A program made the translations under genes and the position numbers. A DNA stretch of 64,000 nt from Octopus sinensis (Eukaryota). Of the stretch, positions 13,407 to 26,659 are shown piece after piece; positions within the stretch are counted from its first letter, which is position 1; each line of letters starts with the position of its first letter. Location of the stretch: assembly GCF_006345805.1 (NCBI RefSeq), contig NC_043019.1, forward strand, positions 8,927,360-8,991,359. The letters are read 5' to 3'. The notes beneath the pieces are model-generated. The model did not search any database, was not told the origin of the DNA, and saw nothing but the letters and a program-made list of their open reading frames with translations.

Positions 13407-13629
13407 CTATCTCTCCGCCTCTCTCTATATATATATACACACATGTATATATTATTATTATTATTATTATTATTGTTATTGTTATTATTATTATTATTAT
13501 ATATTATATATTATAATAATAATAATAATAATAATAATAATTATAATAATAATAATAATAATAAATAAGATAATAATAATAATAAAATATATACATGTGT
13601 GTATATATAGAGGGAGAGGCGGAGAGGAA

Positions 13630-13675
<46 letters not shown>

Positions 13676-13731
13676 ATACAGATTGTTTCAGAACAGTTGA
13701 TATCATTTTGTAATCTAAAGCACAACCAATC
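13298..13731. repeat. Foldback palindrome of about 430 bp with microsatellite-rich arms
   Basis: Left arm TTGGTTATGTTTTAGATTAGAAAATGGTATCAATTCTTCTGAAACAA-(CT)n-CTCCGCCTCT..TACACACATGTATAT-(TTA)n mirrors right arm (ATA)n-ATATACATGTGTGTA..AGAGGCGGAG-(AG)n-TTGTTTCAGAACAGTTGATATCATTTTGTAATCTAAAGCACAACCAA. Confidence 0.9.
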
Positions 13732-14843
13732 TTAAAAAACTAATTCCTGGAATCGGTTGATTCGGCTGGAAATTCTGGCCGCAATAAAACAATTAAAGCA
13801 TAAATGATATATACACGTATATATATCCTCATATTGCTCCCTTCCGTCACAGAGTGTGGGACATAGACCAATGAGTTGTATCCTCTTCTCCATATATTAA
13901 TGTCAATCGCTGCCTTTCTGGCATCACACCAGGTGGCTCACACTTCTGAAAATTTCGTATTTTGTCAGCGATATATTCTTTGGCTTTCCTCTCACTCCTC
14001 CCTCCCCCTCTCTACCCTCTCTCCCTCCCCTTCACTCCCCATTTCCTTCCTTCCCCCTCTCTCCCGCCTTCCGACACCCATCACATATTTATATAGGTTT
14101 CTCTTTATTCAGGCGGACGTCGAATGCGTCTATGCAAATCTTGTCTCGACTATTTTCTGCGCATATATTCATGAAAAGCGACGCGTACACCTCATCAATA
14201 TTTTCTCAATAATCCCCAATATTCTCATGCTATATGTGTGTGTTTGTGTGTAAGATTCTGTTTGTTTGTGTTGTGTGTGTGTATTTATGTATGCGCATAT
14301 GTATAAAAACCTGTATGTTTATGTTCATGTTTAAGGAAGTATTATTATATTTCAGAGACGACGGTGCCGTTTTGGCAAATACATAATTTAAAATTATCTT
14401 ATAGACTTTAACAATGAGCCTTCCATATAATTTTAGCAATATCTAGTTCATGATATTTGTCAGTAATTACAGCGTTATATTTTCAAACATGAAATGGAAA
14501 TACTTAGCTCCGTCTCCGAAGATTTTGGCTGTCTCCAATTTTATATTATGAAAAACAGAAAACCTGTCATTCATCGTGGAAATTGGACAGTTGTAAAATT
14601 GCCAAAACTACACTTAGATACTCTCCCACAGCTTATCTGATTATGACCATGTGAGGCGTCCGTACGATCGGCTGTGGTTTCGGATTTCGGCAATGAGGTT
14701 ATATTTGTTCCTAGAATGAAAACCACTTCATTCATGCTGCTCAACGTGAGACGGAGTTTGCGTGGTGTGCAGTTCAAAAAATCCTTCTTTACTTCTTTAC
14801 GTTAATGTATATGAATAAATAAATGATCGCATAAACATGTGCC

Positions 14844-14884
<41 letters not shown>

Positions 14885-14891
14885 TGTGTGT

Positions 14892-14941
<50 letters not shown>

Positions 14942-15140
14942 AGTGGACTGGTGGTCAGGTAGTTGCACTCATGACAGTTAGATCGTGGGTTCGATTCCCG
15001 AAGCGAGCGCAGTGCTGTGTTCTTGAAAAAAATACTTCATCTCACGTTGCTCCCGGTCACTCAGCTGTAAATAGATTACCCCCGTGAAGGACTGGCTTTA
15101 CGAAGGGGGTGGGAAATGCATCCGTGCTCGCCTAGCCAAC
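14942..15140 (+). mobile_element. tRNA-derived SINE family C
   Basis: B-box GGTTCGATTCC followed by TTCTTGA.....ACTTCAT.T.ACGTTGC.CC.GTC.ACTCA.CTGTA, shared with 50288-50565. Confidence 0.7.
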
Positions 15141-15589
15141 GCGGTACCATCACATCGGTCATAGAAAAAACCAATATAAGAAACTGTTTAACAGAAACTC
15201 GCTTAACGAGCGATAAAGTGATTGAAAATAAATGAGAACAAACTACAAAGATAGACCAAACACATACAAAAAAAAATTGAGAAAATAACTTAGAAATATA
15301 TCCACAAAATACGTAAAATAGTAGGAAATGTGAGAGGGGCCATACTCTGGCAAGTAATGTTATAATAATTTTATGAGACAGACAACGAAAGTAGCAAAAC
15401 ATGAGATAAAAAAAAAAGAAATAAGAAGAACAGCGGCAACAACAGGAGCAATAGCAATTAGAGAGTTTAATGAAAAAAGAATTACACTAATTATGATAAT
15501 TACGATAATTCAATAAATATATTGAGAATATGTCCTCAATATTGGCGATAACGAAATAGAAAGAAGGATGATGAGGATTGGGGCGACAA

Positions 15590-15625
15590 TGATGATGATG
15601 AGGATGATGATGATGGTGGTGGTGG

Positions 15626-15672
<47 letters not shown>

Positions 15673-15895
15673 TTGATGATGATGATGATGATGATGGTGG
15701 TGATGATGGTGATGGTGATGATGATGATGAGGAGGAGGAGGAGGAAGGAGGAGGATGAAGATGATGATGATGATGATGACAGTGTTACAGTAATATTGGT
15801 TGTGGTAGTTATGGTGTTGTGATGATGATGAAGAGGAGGAGGAGGCGGAGGAAGAGAAGGAAGAGGAGGAGGGGGAGCAGGAGAGGAAAGAGTAG
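15590..15895. repeat. Triplet microsatellite block (GAT)n/(GGT)n/(GGA)n
   Basis: Read directly; source of the poly-M, poly-H and poly-I ORFs. Confidence 0.95.
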
Positions 15896-17354
15896 TAGCA
15901 TGTTCCTGATCCTGATAGCAGCGACAATATTGACAATGATTTCGCTCGATCATTGTCTCTTTACATGAAAAGAAAGAATCAGATTGGAATTGTGCAACAA
16001 GGGAAAAAATGGCGGCATTCTTGTGGAAACGACAAACAAAAGATCAAAACATACTTAAACAACAATAATAAAACAATAGGATGAGAATTACAATAGTAAC
16101 AAGAACAATGATAACGAAAAACAACAACAAACACATATTCAACAAGGAAAATATTCACTCTGAAAAAAATTATTTGTTTGTAATGGAAAGCATTTTAAAA
16201 AATATGTATGAAAAGATTTCTGGAAAAGAAAATAAACTCGCAGACGATCAGACACAAAGACGAGCTATAAAAAAAAGAAGTGGAAAAAGAAGAATTTGAA
16301 AGAATGGGGAAAAAGGATGAAGAAAAGGAAAAGGAGAGGAAGGGAGAAGAGAGAAAATAAGCAAAAATAAGGGAAGAGAGATGCAAGGAAAAGAATGTGC
16401 ATAAAAAAGGAAGAAGTGAATAAATAAAATAACAAAGGAAGGATAGAGAAAATGAGAGAGAGAGAGAGAGATTGAAAGAGAGAGAGAATGAAAGAGAGAG
16501 AGAGAGGAAAGATGTTAAAAGGGAAGAGAGAAACAGAGACTGAAACGCCAAGAGAAAAAGAGAGAAAAATAGCGAGGAAGAGAGAGAGGGGGAGGGAGAA
16601 AGAAAGTAAGAACGAGGTATTGAATGAGAAACGTACCGAGAGGCGTTTTTTTTCTATTGTTTTGCTTTTCAGAAATTGCAAAGACGAGCGTAAATAATGT
16701 AGAAGGAGAATTGTTTATAATTTCAGGCATGGCTAGATTGTCTAGAACTGCTTTATTTTTTGGTTTTTCTACTTTGTCTGGCTGTTTGTTGCTTTTATTC
16801 GCGTTGTTTTTATTGTTATCGTTTAACTCCAGGTATCCATTCTTGACCTTCCTGCCTATTTGTATATCATGGGTAATATTACTAAATATGTCCTTCAGGT
16901 CTGAAGTCGTCTATGTTATAAATACCTTGCTTTTCTGTCCGTCCGGCTGTGCGACTGTCTATCATATTCTCTCGTCGTATTAAGATGGTTTTTGAAGTAT
17001 TTTATTTAGAGAAACAAAATATGAAAACGGGGAATTCATTCAATTTATTCACTGGATTCCCTTATGCCACATAAAAGTAAAAACATGAAGATTTGTTTTA
17101 TTTTTGAATATGTTTCACTTCTACACCATTAAAAGGAGAATTGCTATGAAAATATTACCTTTAGAAGAAAAAACATAATACTTGACAAGGTATTATTCAA
17201 GCTTTCAGTCTTTAAACAGTTTCGTCTGCTGTACACCTATATCGATTCATTGAATGTTATTTCTGCCCCATTTATGTTTGAGGTGTCTAAAATATTTCAC
17301 TAAAGAACTGTTTATTCTGCTGCCTGTAATGTAATTATATTTTATAATTAAATA

Positions 17355-17565
17355 AGACGTCGAGCCGGCAGAAAAATTAGCGGACAAAATACATAGCGGC
17401 ATTTTGTCCGTTGTTGCATTTTAAATCCAAAAGCCGACACGGTCCATTTTACTTGTCATCGTTTTCGTGATCAATAAAAAAGGAACAATCGATCACTGGG
17501 AGAGATGTAATCGAATTACCCCCTTTTGCCCCAATTTGCAGACTTGTATCAAATTTTGAAGCCGA
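17355..17565 (+). mobile_element. SINE family B, highly diverged
   Basis: GAGCCGGCAGAAAAATTAGC..CACTGGGAGAGATGTAATCGA aligns by eye to 47970-48196. Confidence 0.5.
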
Positions 17566-18179
17566 TCGACATTTTCTAATTAAATATTTGATGATGTGAA
17601 ACTTTCAAAAAATTCCCAGGAAACATTATTTTTCGTTAATAAAAATATTTCACTGAAAACTTAAAATTCACGGTTTTATTTATGCATGATGATTTGACTT
17701 GGATATTTTACAGACATTTTAGGTTATTATTGTGGCCACAATAATTATTTCAAAGATCCCTTTGACATTCAAAGTCTGCCAATTTATGAATGATATGCAC
17801 ACACATATATATCTAAGTGATTTCATGTGGTTAATTGACCTTCAACATATAGATGCGGTCGGTTCATGCTATAAATTCGGAAACGAAATTTGGTTTGAAT
17901 GCAAATAAAACTTTTAGTTACATCGACACCCTCTTAACTGCAATCAAATTCAAATGAGAAACAGACAAATAAGATTTGAACTTTATGACTTGCTTTCCGA
18001 ATGTCGTTAGAATTTCCTGGAGGTCAGTTACGACGGCACCAGAGTGCATAGAATCAGAAACATTCTGCTACCGTTCGACAGGATCTGTATATAGTTCTTA
18101 CACTTGGCATATATGTGTATGCATGTATGTATTTTAAGATAAGAACATTTATTTTGCCCTATGTTTATTTCGTTTGCGC

Positions 18180-18376
18180 CAGGGGTCTCCAATGTGGGCG
18201 ATATTGAACCCTGTGTGTCGATGGAACTATTCAAGGGGTTGATAAATGCACATCTACTTAATAATCATTATTATTATTTATTTATTTTCTTGTACATGCC
18301 AGGGATTGGGGGGAGTCAATGTGGGGTCAAGGATTCCATGAATGGGTCGATGGTCTAATACGTTTGGGGGCACCTG
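18180..18376. mobile_element. hAT-type MITE (197 bp) with 8-bp TSD
   Basis: TIRs CAGGGGTCTCCAA / TTGGGGGCACCTG; flanking GTTTGCGC (18172-18179) and GTTTGAGC (18377-18384) match at 7 of 8 positions. Confidence 0.8.
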
Positions 18377-18581
18377 GTTTGAGCCCTTTTATCTATTATC
18401 ACTTACAAATTTAATTTTTCTATTTCATGAAATATTACACGAAGAAAGAATTCCTTTACATCAAAGAAATATACCTTCTTGTCATTAAGATGTGTGTTTG
18501 TATGTGTGTGTCCATATGCGAGTGAGATGCGTTCGCACTTGCATACATAATACAGCAGATAGGTGTGCGTATATACATATG

Positions 18582-18644
<63 letters not shown>

Positions 18645-18723
18645 ATATGTGTGCGAGTATGCATGTGTGTATGTATGTACATATATAGATAGATAGATAG
18701 GCTGTTAGGTATATGTCTCTCAG

Positions 18724-18784
18724 AGAATGACAAGAGTTTTGCAACCATAAAGGCCTCAGCCCACTGAACGACTCCTCAGACTCT
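18724..18784 (-). ncRNA. Degenerate type I hammerhead motif
   Basis: Minus strand: AGAGT-CTGAGGA-stem II with TTCAG/CTGAG hairpin-AAAA(G12->A)-C tctt GTC-ATTCT. Stem I AGAGT/ATTCT. Confidence 0.45.
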
Positions 18785-19381
18785 AATGGTTAAAGCCACG
18801 TGGTTCTTTGGAAGGTAGAAACCCGTTACGGTCAGTTCGTAATCTAAGAATAAACAGTCCAGGTCGGCGAGTACGGATTATCTCCCTTAGACCAGTACAT
18901 AATGTCAAAAACATGAACGGGGAAATCAGTGCTTAGGTTAGTATTAGCTTGTAAAGACCTTTTATTTTTTTTTCTATTCATTGAATGGAGTATCCCGTAA
19001 CTAAAGCAGGTAGCGTTTAAAATGGGTGCAGGATTTATAAATTTCTTGCTGGGAATTTAGCAATTCTTGTCCTAGGGAGTCTTTGAGGATCCTTGCTCGC
19101 ACAAATATACACAACGCTTGCAGCATCCTCTCCAGTTGATATAGAATACCGGCGGTTTTATGATAATCCACCTGATATCGTACGGATTCCCTTCATCTTT
19201 AATATATATAAAGGTGCAAGTGGGCATAACTTCATGGCGAAAGAGTGGCTGTTGTATAACACAGAGAGAGAGGAACGAGCCTTGTTAGTACATCTGTATG
19301 CACACACAGAAACGTAGACTTGCATATACATGCAATACATAATATACAAATACATCCGAATATATATATATATATATATAT

Positions 19382-19436
19382 AATCAAAATAAGCAACAAG
19401 GATATCCAGTGGATATCCTTGTTGCTAATTTTGATT
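19382..19436. repeat. 55-bp near-perfect palindrome
   Basis: AATCAAAATAAGCAACAAGGATATCCA-G-TGGATATCCTTGTTGCTAATTTTGATT, one mismatch. Confidence 0.95.
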
Positions 19437-19560
19437 GTAATCAACCCCATTTTGAATTATATGGATAATCCATGCCAACTTCTGGTGCCTTTAACTTAAG
19501 TACCATATTCAACTGAATCTAAATTTTTACTGAACTTACATATATGATATATAATATATC

Positions 19561-19594
<34 letters not shown>

Positions 19595-19731
19595 ATATAT
19601 ACACAAGTGTGTTTATACTCGTGTCACTTCCATATCAGAAAACAATATACATTACATCAAAACTTGTCAATCCATGGGATTTTCAAATAAACAATACATA
19701 TTATACACGAAACACATGCTTGCTTGAACAA

Positions 19732-19770
<39 letters not shown>

Positions 19771-20049
19771 GTGCCTTTGCGCGAGTTGTGCAACTGATAT
19801 ATTGAAGGGTGGGAGTTCCTGTGCGCGTGTGTTTGTATATGTGTAGAAAATATAAATGTATGTTTGTATGTATTTACGTATGTGTTTATGTATAATTAAA
19901 CGTATTTGCAATCACATATATGCACACAATATTCGAATATATATATATATATGCGCTTCTGTGTGTAAACATTGGATTACAAATACACACGTAAATTCAC
20001 ACACACACACATATATATATACATATATATAAATATATATACGTACTTA

Positions 20050-20095
20050 CATGTACGTACTTACGTATATATATATATACGTAAGTACGTACATG
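20050..20095. repeat. 46-bp perfect palindrome centred on (TA)n
   Basis: CATGTACGTACTTACGTATATAT|ATATATACGTAAGTACGTACATG. Confidence 0.95.
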
Positions 20096-21369
20096 CACCA
20101 TAAGTACATGTGTTTGTGCGTGTGTGTGCTTGCACACACACACTTAAGCAATTACTGCAAGCGTACAGTTCTATTGCACCCGAGAGGGTTGTTGTTGTAA
20201 TGGGCCGATAAACCAACTCATAAATCACTATATAACACTCGTCAGTTAATACGAAAGATAAGAAATCGACGGACAAAAGTAATAAAATAATTTATTTTAT
20301 TGGCCAAGAGGGCCGAGACATTAGGTGACCATACAAAGAGAGAGACCACAAGACGCAGGGGAAGGGTTTTACATTGAGATTTACAAGGGCGAAATCGACA
20401 ATAGTACAACTGAAAAATAGTAACTGTGTCAAATAAATAAAATTTAGTGAAAAGCGACGTAAAATGAGGTGGGATGCTGAAAATGAGAGATGGCAATAAC
20501 TGAAGACATTTAGGAACGCAACACAACAGCAACATGATGATGATAATGATGATGATTATGACGACGACATTAAGGACCATATCTAAGGACTGTAGAGGTT
20601 TTACATCGACCAAAGTTGAGTACTACGACAATGAGATAATAAAATGATAAAAACATAGATCTTAGTAAAATATATATTTAATGTACCGAACCCGCAGTAG
20701 CGAGATATTGCATTTATATTAGTTCGGGGAAAGTTCCACACCAAATATCCTAGATTACTCAAAGTCATGTGATGTGCCATCTTCCGACTTTGTTTCCATT
20801 TACATTCGATCCATTCACTCTCACCAGACTTACAACACTCATACGCGGTCCCATAAGTACACTTGAAAGCAACACCCACCTCTCTATTTAAAAATAAATT
20901 AAAGAGAGTTTAACCAGTTAGGCAAGTGCTTGTCTCGAAGCTTTTCAGACGGGTCTACCACACAGCCAAATTCATCATAATCACTAACCAGAGAAAGAGC
21001 TGCCTCATTTCTCTGTCGATTGAAAGGTGATGTCACAATCTTCACTATACACTCTGCGAACAACTGGATTCGTCTTGCACGAGAAAGTGTTGCTCAACAT
21101 AAATTCCCTAATCGTTAACGCATGGGGACGGGGGTTATTCCGGTTCTGCGACTAAAATAGGCTCAATTTTTTTCAGTGGAACCCTGGGTATATTGGCAAA
21201 AAGAGTAATTACATTTTCAGCGGGTGAATACGGCGAAAGTGAAATATATTTAGAGAAAACTGACCATGTTTCGAGAATGGAATTCCCGTCCGATGCCGAT
21301 AATAGTAATAATAATAATAGCAATAATAATAATAATAATAATAATAATATAATAATAATAATAATAATG

Positions 21370-21410
<41 letters not shown>

Positions 21411-21440
21411 TTACAAATAATAATAATAATAATAATAATA

Positions 21441-22888
21441 ACTTACAAATACTTAGGAATCCATGAACTAGATAAGATACAACACACACAAATGAAAGAG
21501 AAAATAAAAAAAGAATATTATAGACAAGTTAGATCAATACTAAACACAGAGCTCAATGCTAAAAACAATATAATAGGTATCAACACTTTAGCTGTCCCAG
21601 TTATAAGTTACAGCTACAATATCCTTAACTGGACACGAAATGAACTGACCAAAATAGATAGGAAAACAAGAAAAATAATGACAGGATCTAGGATGCATCA
21701 CCCAAAATCTGACATAGAAAGACTATATATACAACGTATAGAAGGTGGTAGAGGCCTTATACAGCTGGAAAACTACTATAAAATAACCACCATAGGACTG
21801 CAAAAATATCTACTTCAGAAGGAAGGAAAACTGATCCAGATAGCGGCAAAACACGAGCAAAACAAAAGACTGTTCTCAGTATTTAAGGAAGCTGACAAAT
21901 ACAAACAAGAAATCATACCACCTAATAAACACGAAGAAGAAGAAGAAGATGAAGAAAAAACAAAAGCTATAAAACAAATGAAATCCAAACTAAAAATAGA
22001 ACAGCAACGAACCATGATAAAACGATGGCAAGAAAAGCCCCTTCGTGGTAAATACTGGACTAAACTAAACGCAAAAGAAATAGACAAAGAAAAATCCCAG
22101 CAATGGTTGAGAAGCTCAGGACTCAAAGCAGACAGAGGGATTTTTAATTGCAGCACAAGACCAAAGCCTCCCCACCAGAAATTACCAAAAACATGTAATG
22201 AAAAGAAATATTACAAGTAACTGCAGAATATGTGGAGATGGACAAGAAACAATAAATCATATTATCTCTAGCTGCCCAGTCCTGGCTAAGAAGGAATATA
22301 TTCACAGACATGACAGAGTTGGAACCTACATACATTGGAAGCTATGCCAACATTATGGAATAACAAGAAAAAAGATGGTATAGGCACACACCAGAAAAGG
22401 TCACAGAAAACGAGAAAGCAACCATACTCTGGGATATGCCGATACACACAGATAGAGAAATTAAGGCCAACAGACCAGATATAGTTGTCAGAGACCATGA
22501 AGAAAAAAAATGCTTTCTAATTGATGTATCAATACCGGCAGATGACAACGTGTCTCTAAAAGAAATGGAGAACTCTCAAAATACAAAGACCTGGAAATAG
22601 AGGTAACTAGAATGTGGAATCTGAAAACAGAAACAATTCCTATCATAGTAGGTGCATTAGGCATGATAAAAAAATATTCAGACAAATACATAACAAAAAC
22701 ACCAGGACTTACAAACACATATAACATACAGAAAATTGCACTACTAGGCACTGCACACATCCTACGCAGAACACTTTCTATACAATAACCATTAGAGCAT
22801 CACAACAAATCACAGCACATACCCAGGCCACAGAGCTGCGCTCGGTAGTGAAGTGAAAGCACGCGCTATAAAAATAAAAATAAAACTA

Positions 22889-22891
<3 letters not shown>
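21441..22891 (+). mobile_element. 5'-truncated R4/Dong-clade non-LTR retrotransposon inserted in (TAA)n
   Basis: Starts at RT motif TYKYLG; thumb region RLYIQRIEGGRGL; CCHC finger CRICGDGQETINHIISSC; RHD motif; RLE RPDIVV..CFLIDVSIP..KYKDL; ends ALLGTAHILRRTLSIQ* (TAA 22786-22788). About 100-bp 3' UTR; (AAT)n on both sides; three apparent frameshifts. Confidence 0.92.
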
Positions 22892-22950
<59 letters not shown>

Positions 22951-22955
22951 TGATG

Positions 22956-22995
<40 letters not shown>

Positions 22996-23416
22996 CGACG
23001 ACGATGTTGATAATGATAATAATCATTTATGATTTAGGCAAAGGGCCATCCATCAACATTTTATTTTATCGACCCTCGACCAAAATAAGAATGAGGCATG
23101 AACCGTATTTGAGGCTGGAATTGAAAGACCTGGAAAGACATAGGCCCTTGAAACGCAAAACAAGAAATACGTGAGAAGAGCTTTTGTCGATTCAATCGAC
23201 TTTTGTACGTGAGAAGCGGATCCTCTTATCTACTCCACAAAGCATAGAGTGAAAGGTGAAGTGGAGTAGGTTCTGAATTCCATGTGTAAAGATTCGGAAA
23301 CAAACGTCTGCAATTATTTTTACCCCATCTGCCGATCGACCACCGACGCATTGTAAATCATACTAAAATATACACAAAACTGGAAATAATTGCTAGTAGT
23401 AGTAGTAGTAGTAATA

Positions 23417-23458
<42 letters not shown>

Positions 23459-23675
23459 CTACAGTGCCTTCATTTCTGTTATTGTCACTAGGGAGATCTA
23501 AGAAGTACATTACGAAGATAAATTACATAAAGTTAGATTTGGTTTCTGAACATCGACTATGCCATGAAAATATCATATATCACACGTACGCACACACACA
23601 CATACACACACACACGTTCCTGCACGCACACACACACACGTTCCTGCACGCACACACACATACACACACGTTCCT

Positions 23676-23751
<76 letters not shown>

Positions 23752-23958
23752 TGAGTGTGTGTACATAGATACATGTGTTTATATAATATATGGGGGTGGC
23801 GTGCGGGGTGTGTACAGTTGTCTAGACATCACGTGATTGTGGCAAATGAGCAGCAGAAATATACAAGCATGGAGAGTGTCGATGTTAAAATATGTCGTGC
23901 GTAAATATATGAATGTATAAATGTATGCATACACACACATATATACATGCATACATAC

Positions 23959-23993
<35 letters not shown>

Positions 23994-24130
23994 AGCATGC
24001 ATGTGTGCATATATATATATTTACATGTAAACATGTATATGATAGTAAGAGAAGAAAATAGATAGAGAGACAATCAGAGAGACAGATAGATAGTTAGATA
24101 GATAGCTACATACATACATATACACACACA

Positions 24131-24162
<32 letters not shown>

Positions 24163-24176
24163 CATACATACATACA

Positions 24177-24209
<33 letters not shown>

Positions 24210-25972
24210 CATTTATTGTTGTCATATTTTATGAAAGAAATAGTGAAAAATTTGTAGCGGAAGAATACGTGAAAAGACAATTATAATCAATAGACAATAT
24301 TACGGGTTCCGATGTTATTAAACCTCTTTAACGAATCATAATTTCTATGGTATTTGCCAAACTCGCGATAAGAGTATCTCTAAATAATTGGACTCAACTG
24401 TACACGAAACAGATACGGAATATTTTTAACCTCGTTGTGCAATTACTAACATTTCACCATGCCCTCGTTGTTGTTGAGGGCTTTACGAAATAACAGTGCA
24501 AATTGTACCTCATCCTCTTTCAGTTCACTACAACACGCAGAGGCGTGCCGAACGCCACACGGTACACCAAGGAACAATGACACCTAATGAAGCTAACACA
24601 ATTTTTCTTTTTATTTTAAAATGCTAGCTCTCATTTTATTTTCCTGCCATCTGGCTCTCTAAAATACTTTTACTTAGACAAACTTCACACGAAATAGAAG
24701 GAAATGAAGAGAAACGTAGACGATAGAATATCGAACAAAGAATATCCTAATCCCGACGAAGTGGTCATATCTAAAAGACTCTCATCTCAACGGAAATCTG
24801 ATAAATCGTTTGAGATAGGAGGCGATGAAGGAAATTGGAATATCAAACATGAATAGTATTGAAAAAGAGCAGAACGTTTTAGGAAAATGTGAGATAGGTG
24901 GCGATAAATGAGATTTAAATCCCGGAAAACGTCTACCAGACGACAAAGAAGTATTTACCTTTGAAACTGACCTCCTTATCAGGACCATCGAAATCAGAAG
25001 CAGAACAAATCATTTCAAATGTAAGCTTAACATTCACGTGAAGATGATAAACTTTTCACTGAACTTTTTTATTCATCGACAAAACAAGTTAAACAGGCAA
25101 GTTAAGCTGAGACACAAACTCCAGACTTTTGCATGATTCCGTCACCGATTCTTATAAAGAAAAAAGCAGCAATATATATATTTACAAAAATAATAAATCG
25201 TAAGCGTCAGTAACGAACACCCTCACAAAAGCCCAGTTTTTCTCACACTTAAAGACGGAGACGACAATTTTGATAAGTGATACAAATAATTATAACATCG
25301 CAAAAAAAAAGAAACAAAATAAAAACAAAGATATGAATAGTAAAGTGATCCAACTTAGCATAATTATAGAATAAAGCGACAAACTGAAGTCTTCTGACTC
25401 ATCCTGTGTGAGCTACAGTGAAGGAAGGAAAATTCTTTTCATTTAAATCATTATACATAAACACATATGTAAAGTTATTGATTTTCATCCGCCCAGGCTC
25501 AGAAAAAGTATCCAATTTCGCAAGAGCACATGCGAATACCGAGCAGAAATATTAAGCAGAAATCCCTGAACTAATATACTTTTTCTACACCAGGTGTTTT
25601 ACAAAACCCATTGGATGCTGTTAGAATAGACTAGTAAAGTGGTGTCAGGCTTATAAACTGTGGGACTGCTCGCAATCGTTTAATTCATTCGCCAAATGTA
25701 GCATAACTTTCAACGTATTTGGCGTGTGACAATCCAATCAAACATGATAACTGTAAATTTCCTTGTCATCGTGTTATAAGTGTCTTCAGGTTGACAGGAA
25801 TGGTTAAAATAAAACCTATCCATTATTCATCACCACGATATTTATCAATTCATCAAAGGTCATCGATTCAGACAAATAATCACTCTTATAAAAGGAATGT
25901 AATATGGCGCAATACACGATTATACAATGGTTGAAGAAGTAAACCGCACAAACATCTCTCTCTCTTCTCTCT

Positions 25973-26012
<40 letters not shown>

Positions 26013-26114
26013 CTTCTCTCTTCTCTCTTCTCTCTCTCTCTCTCACTCCCCCCCTTTCAGCAAATACTTGTGCGGCGACTGATCCATCAGTTTTGCAAAG
26101 ACATTTTAAAGAAT

Positions 26115-26198
26115 GTCTTCTGCTATATCCTCGGGCCGACCAAAGCCTCGTGAGTGGATTTCATAGACGGAAACTGAAAGAAGCCTATTAGGTATATA

Positions 26199-26229
<31 letters not shown>

Positions 26230-26230
26230 G

Positions 26231-26296
<66 letters not shown>

Positions 26297-26402
26297 TGCG
26301 TTTGTCCCACCACCAACATCGCTTGACAACTGATGTTGGTGTGTTTGCGTCCTTGTAACGTGTAAGATAGATAGAATAAGCACCAGGCTTACAGGGAATA
26401 AG
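26115..26402 (+). mobile_element. SINE family A, truncated
   Basis: CCTCGGGCCGACCAAAGCC..GACGGAAACTGAAAGAAGCC-(GT)n-CCAACATCGCTTGACAAC. Confidence 0.85.
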
Positions 26403-26659
26403 ATGTATTTTAAGGCTAAATAATAATTCTGTTTACGTTTCTCTAACTGAAATAATTTAGTTGGATTCTTTAGTTATCGGTTTTACATTTCTTTCTATAT
26501 TCTGTAAATGTTACAATATAGAAACATTTCTCATGTAAATATAGATATAGATACACGTACGTATATATGTATGTATTATACATGTAAGTATTATACATGT
26601 ATGTATGTATGTATGTATGTATGTATGTATGTATGTATGTATGTATATAAATGAAGCAT

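Noticed and set aside
14590-14760. Faint resemblance to a hAT dimerisation domain (AKTTLRY..PCEAS..LLNV)
   Set aside because: Requires frame changes and the similarity is too weak to call by eye.
14942-15015. tRNA-like sequence with B-box GGTTCGATTCC
   Set aside because: No convincing acceptor stem or cloverleaf; it continues into a SINE body shared with 50288-50565.
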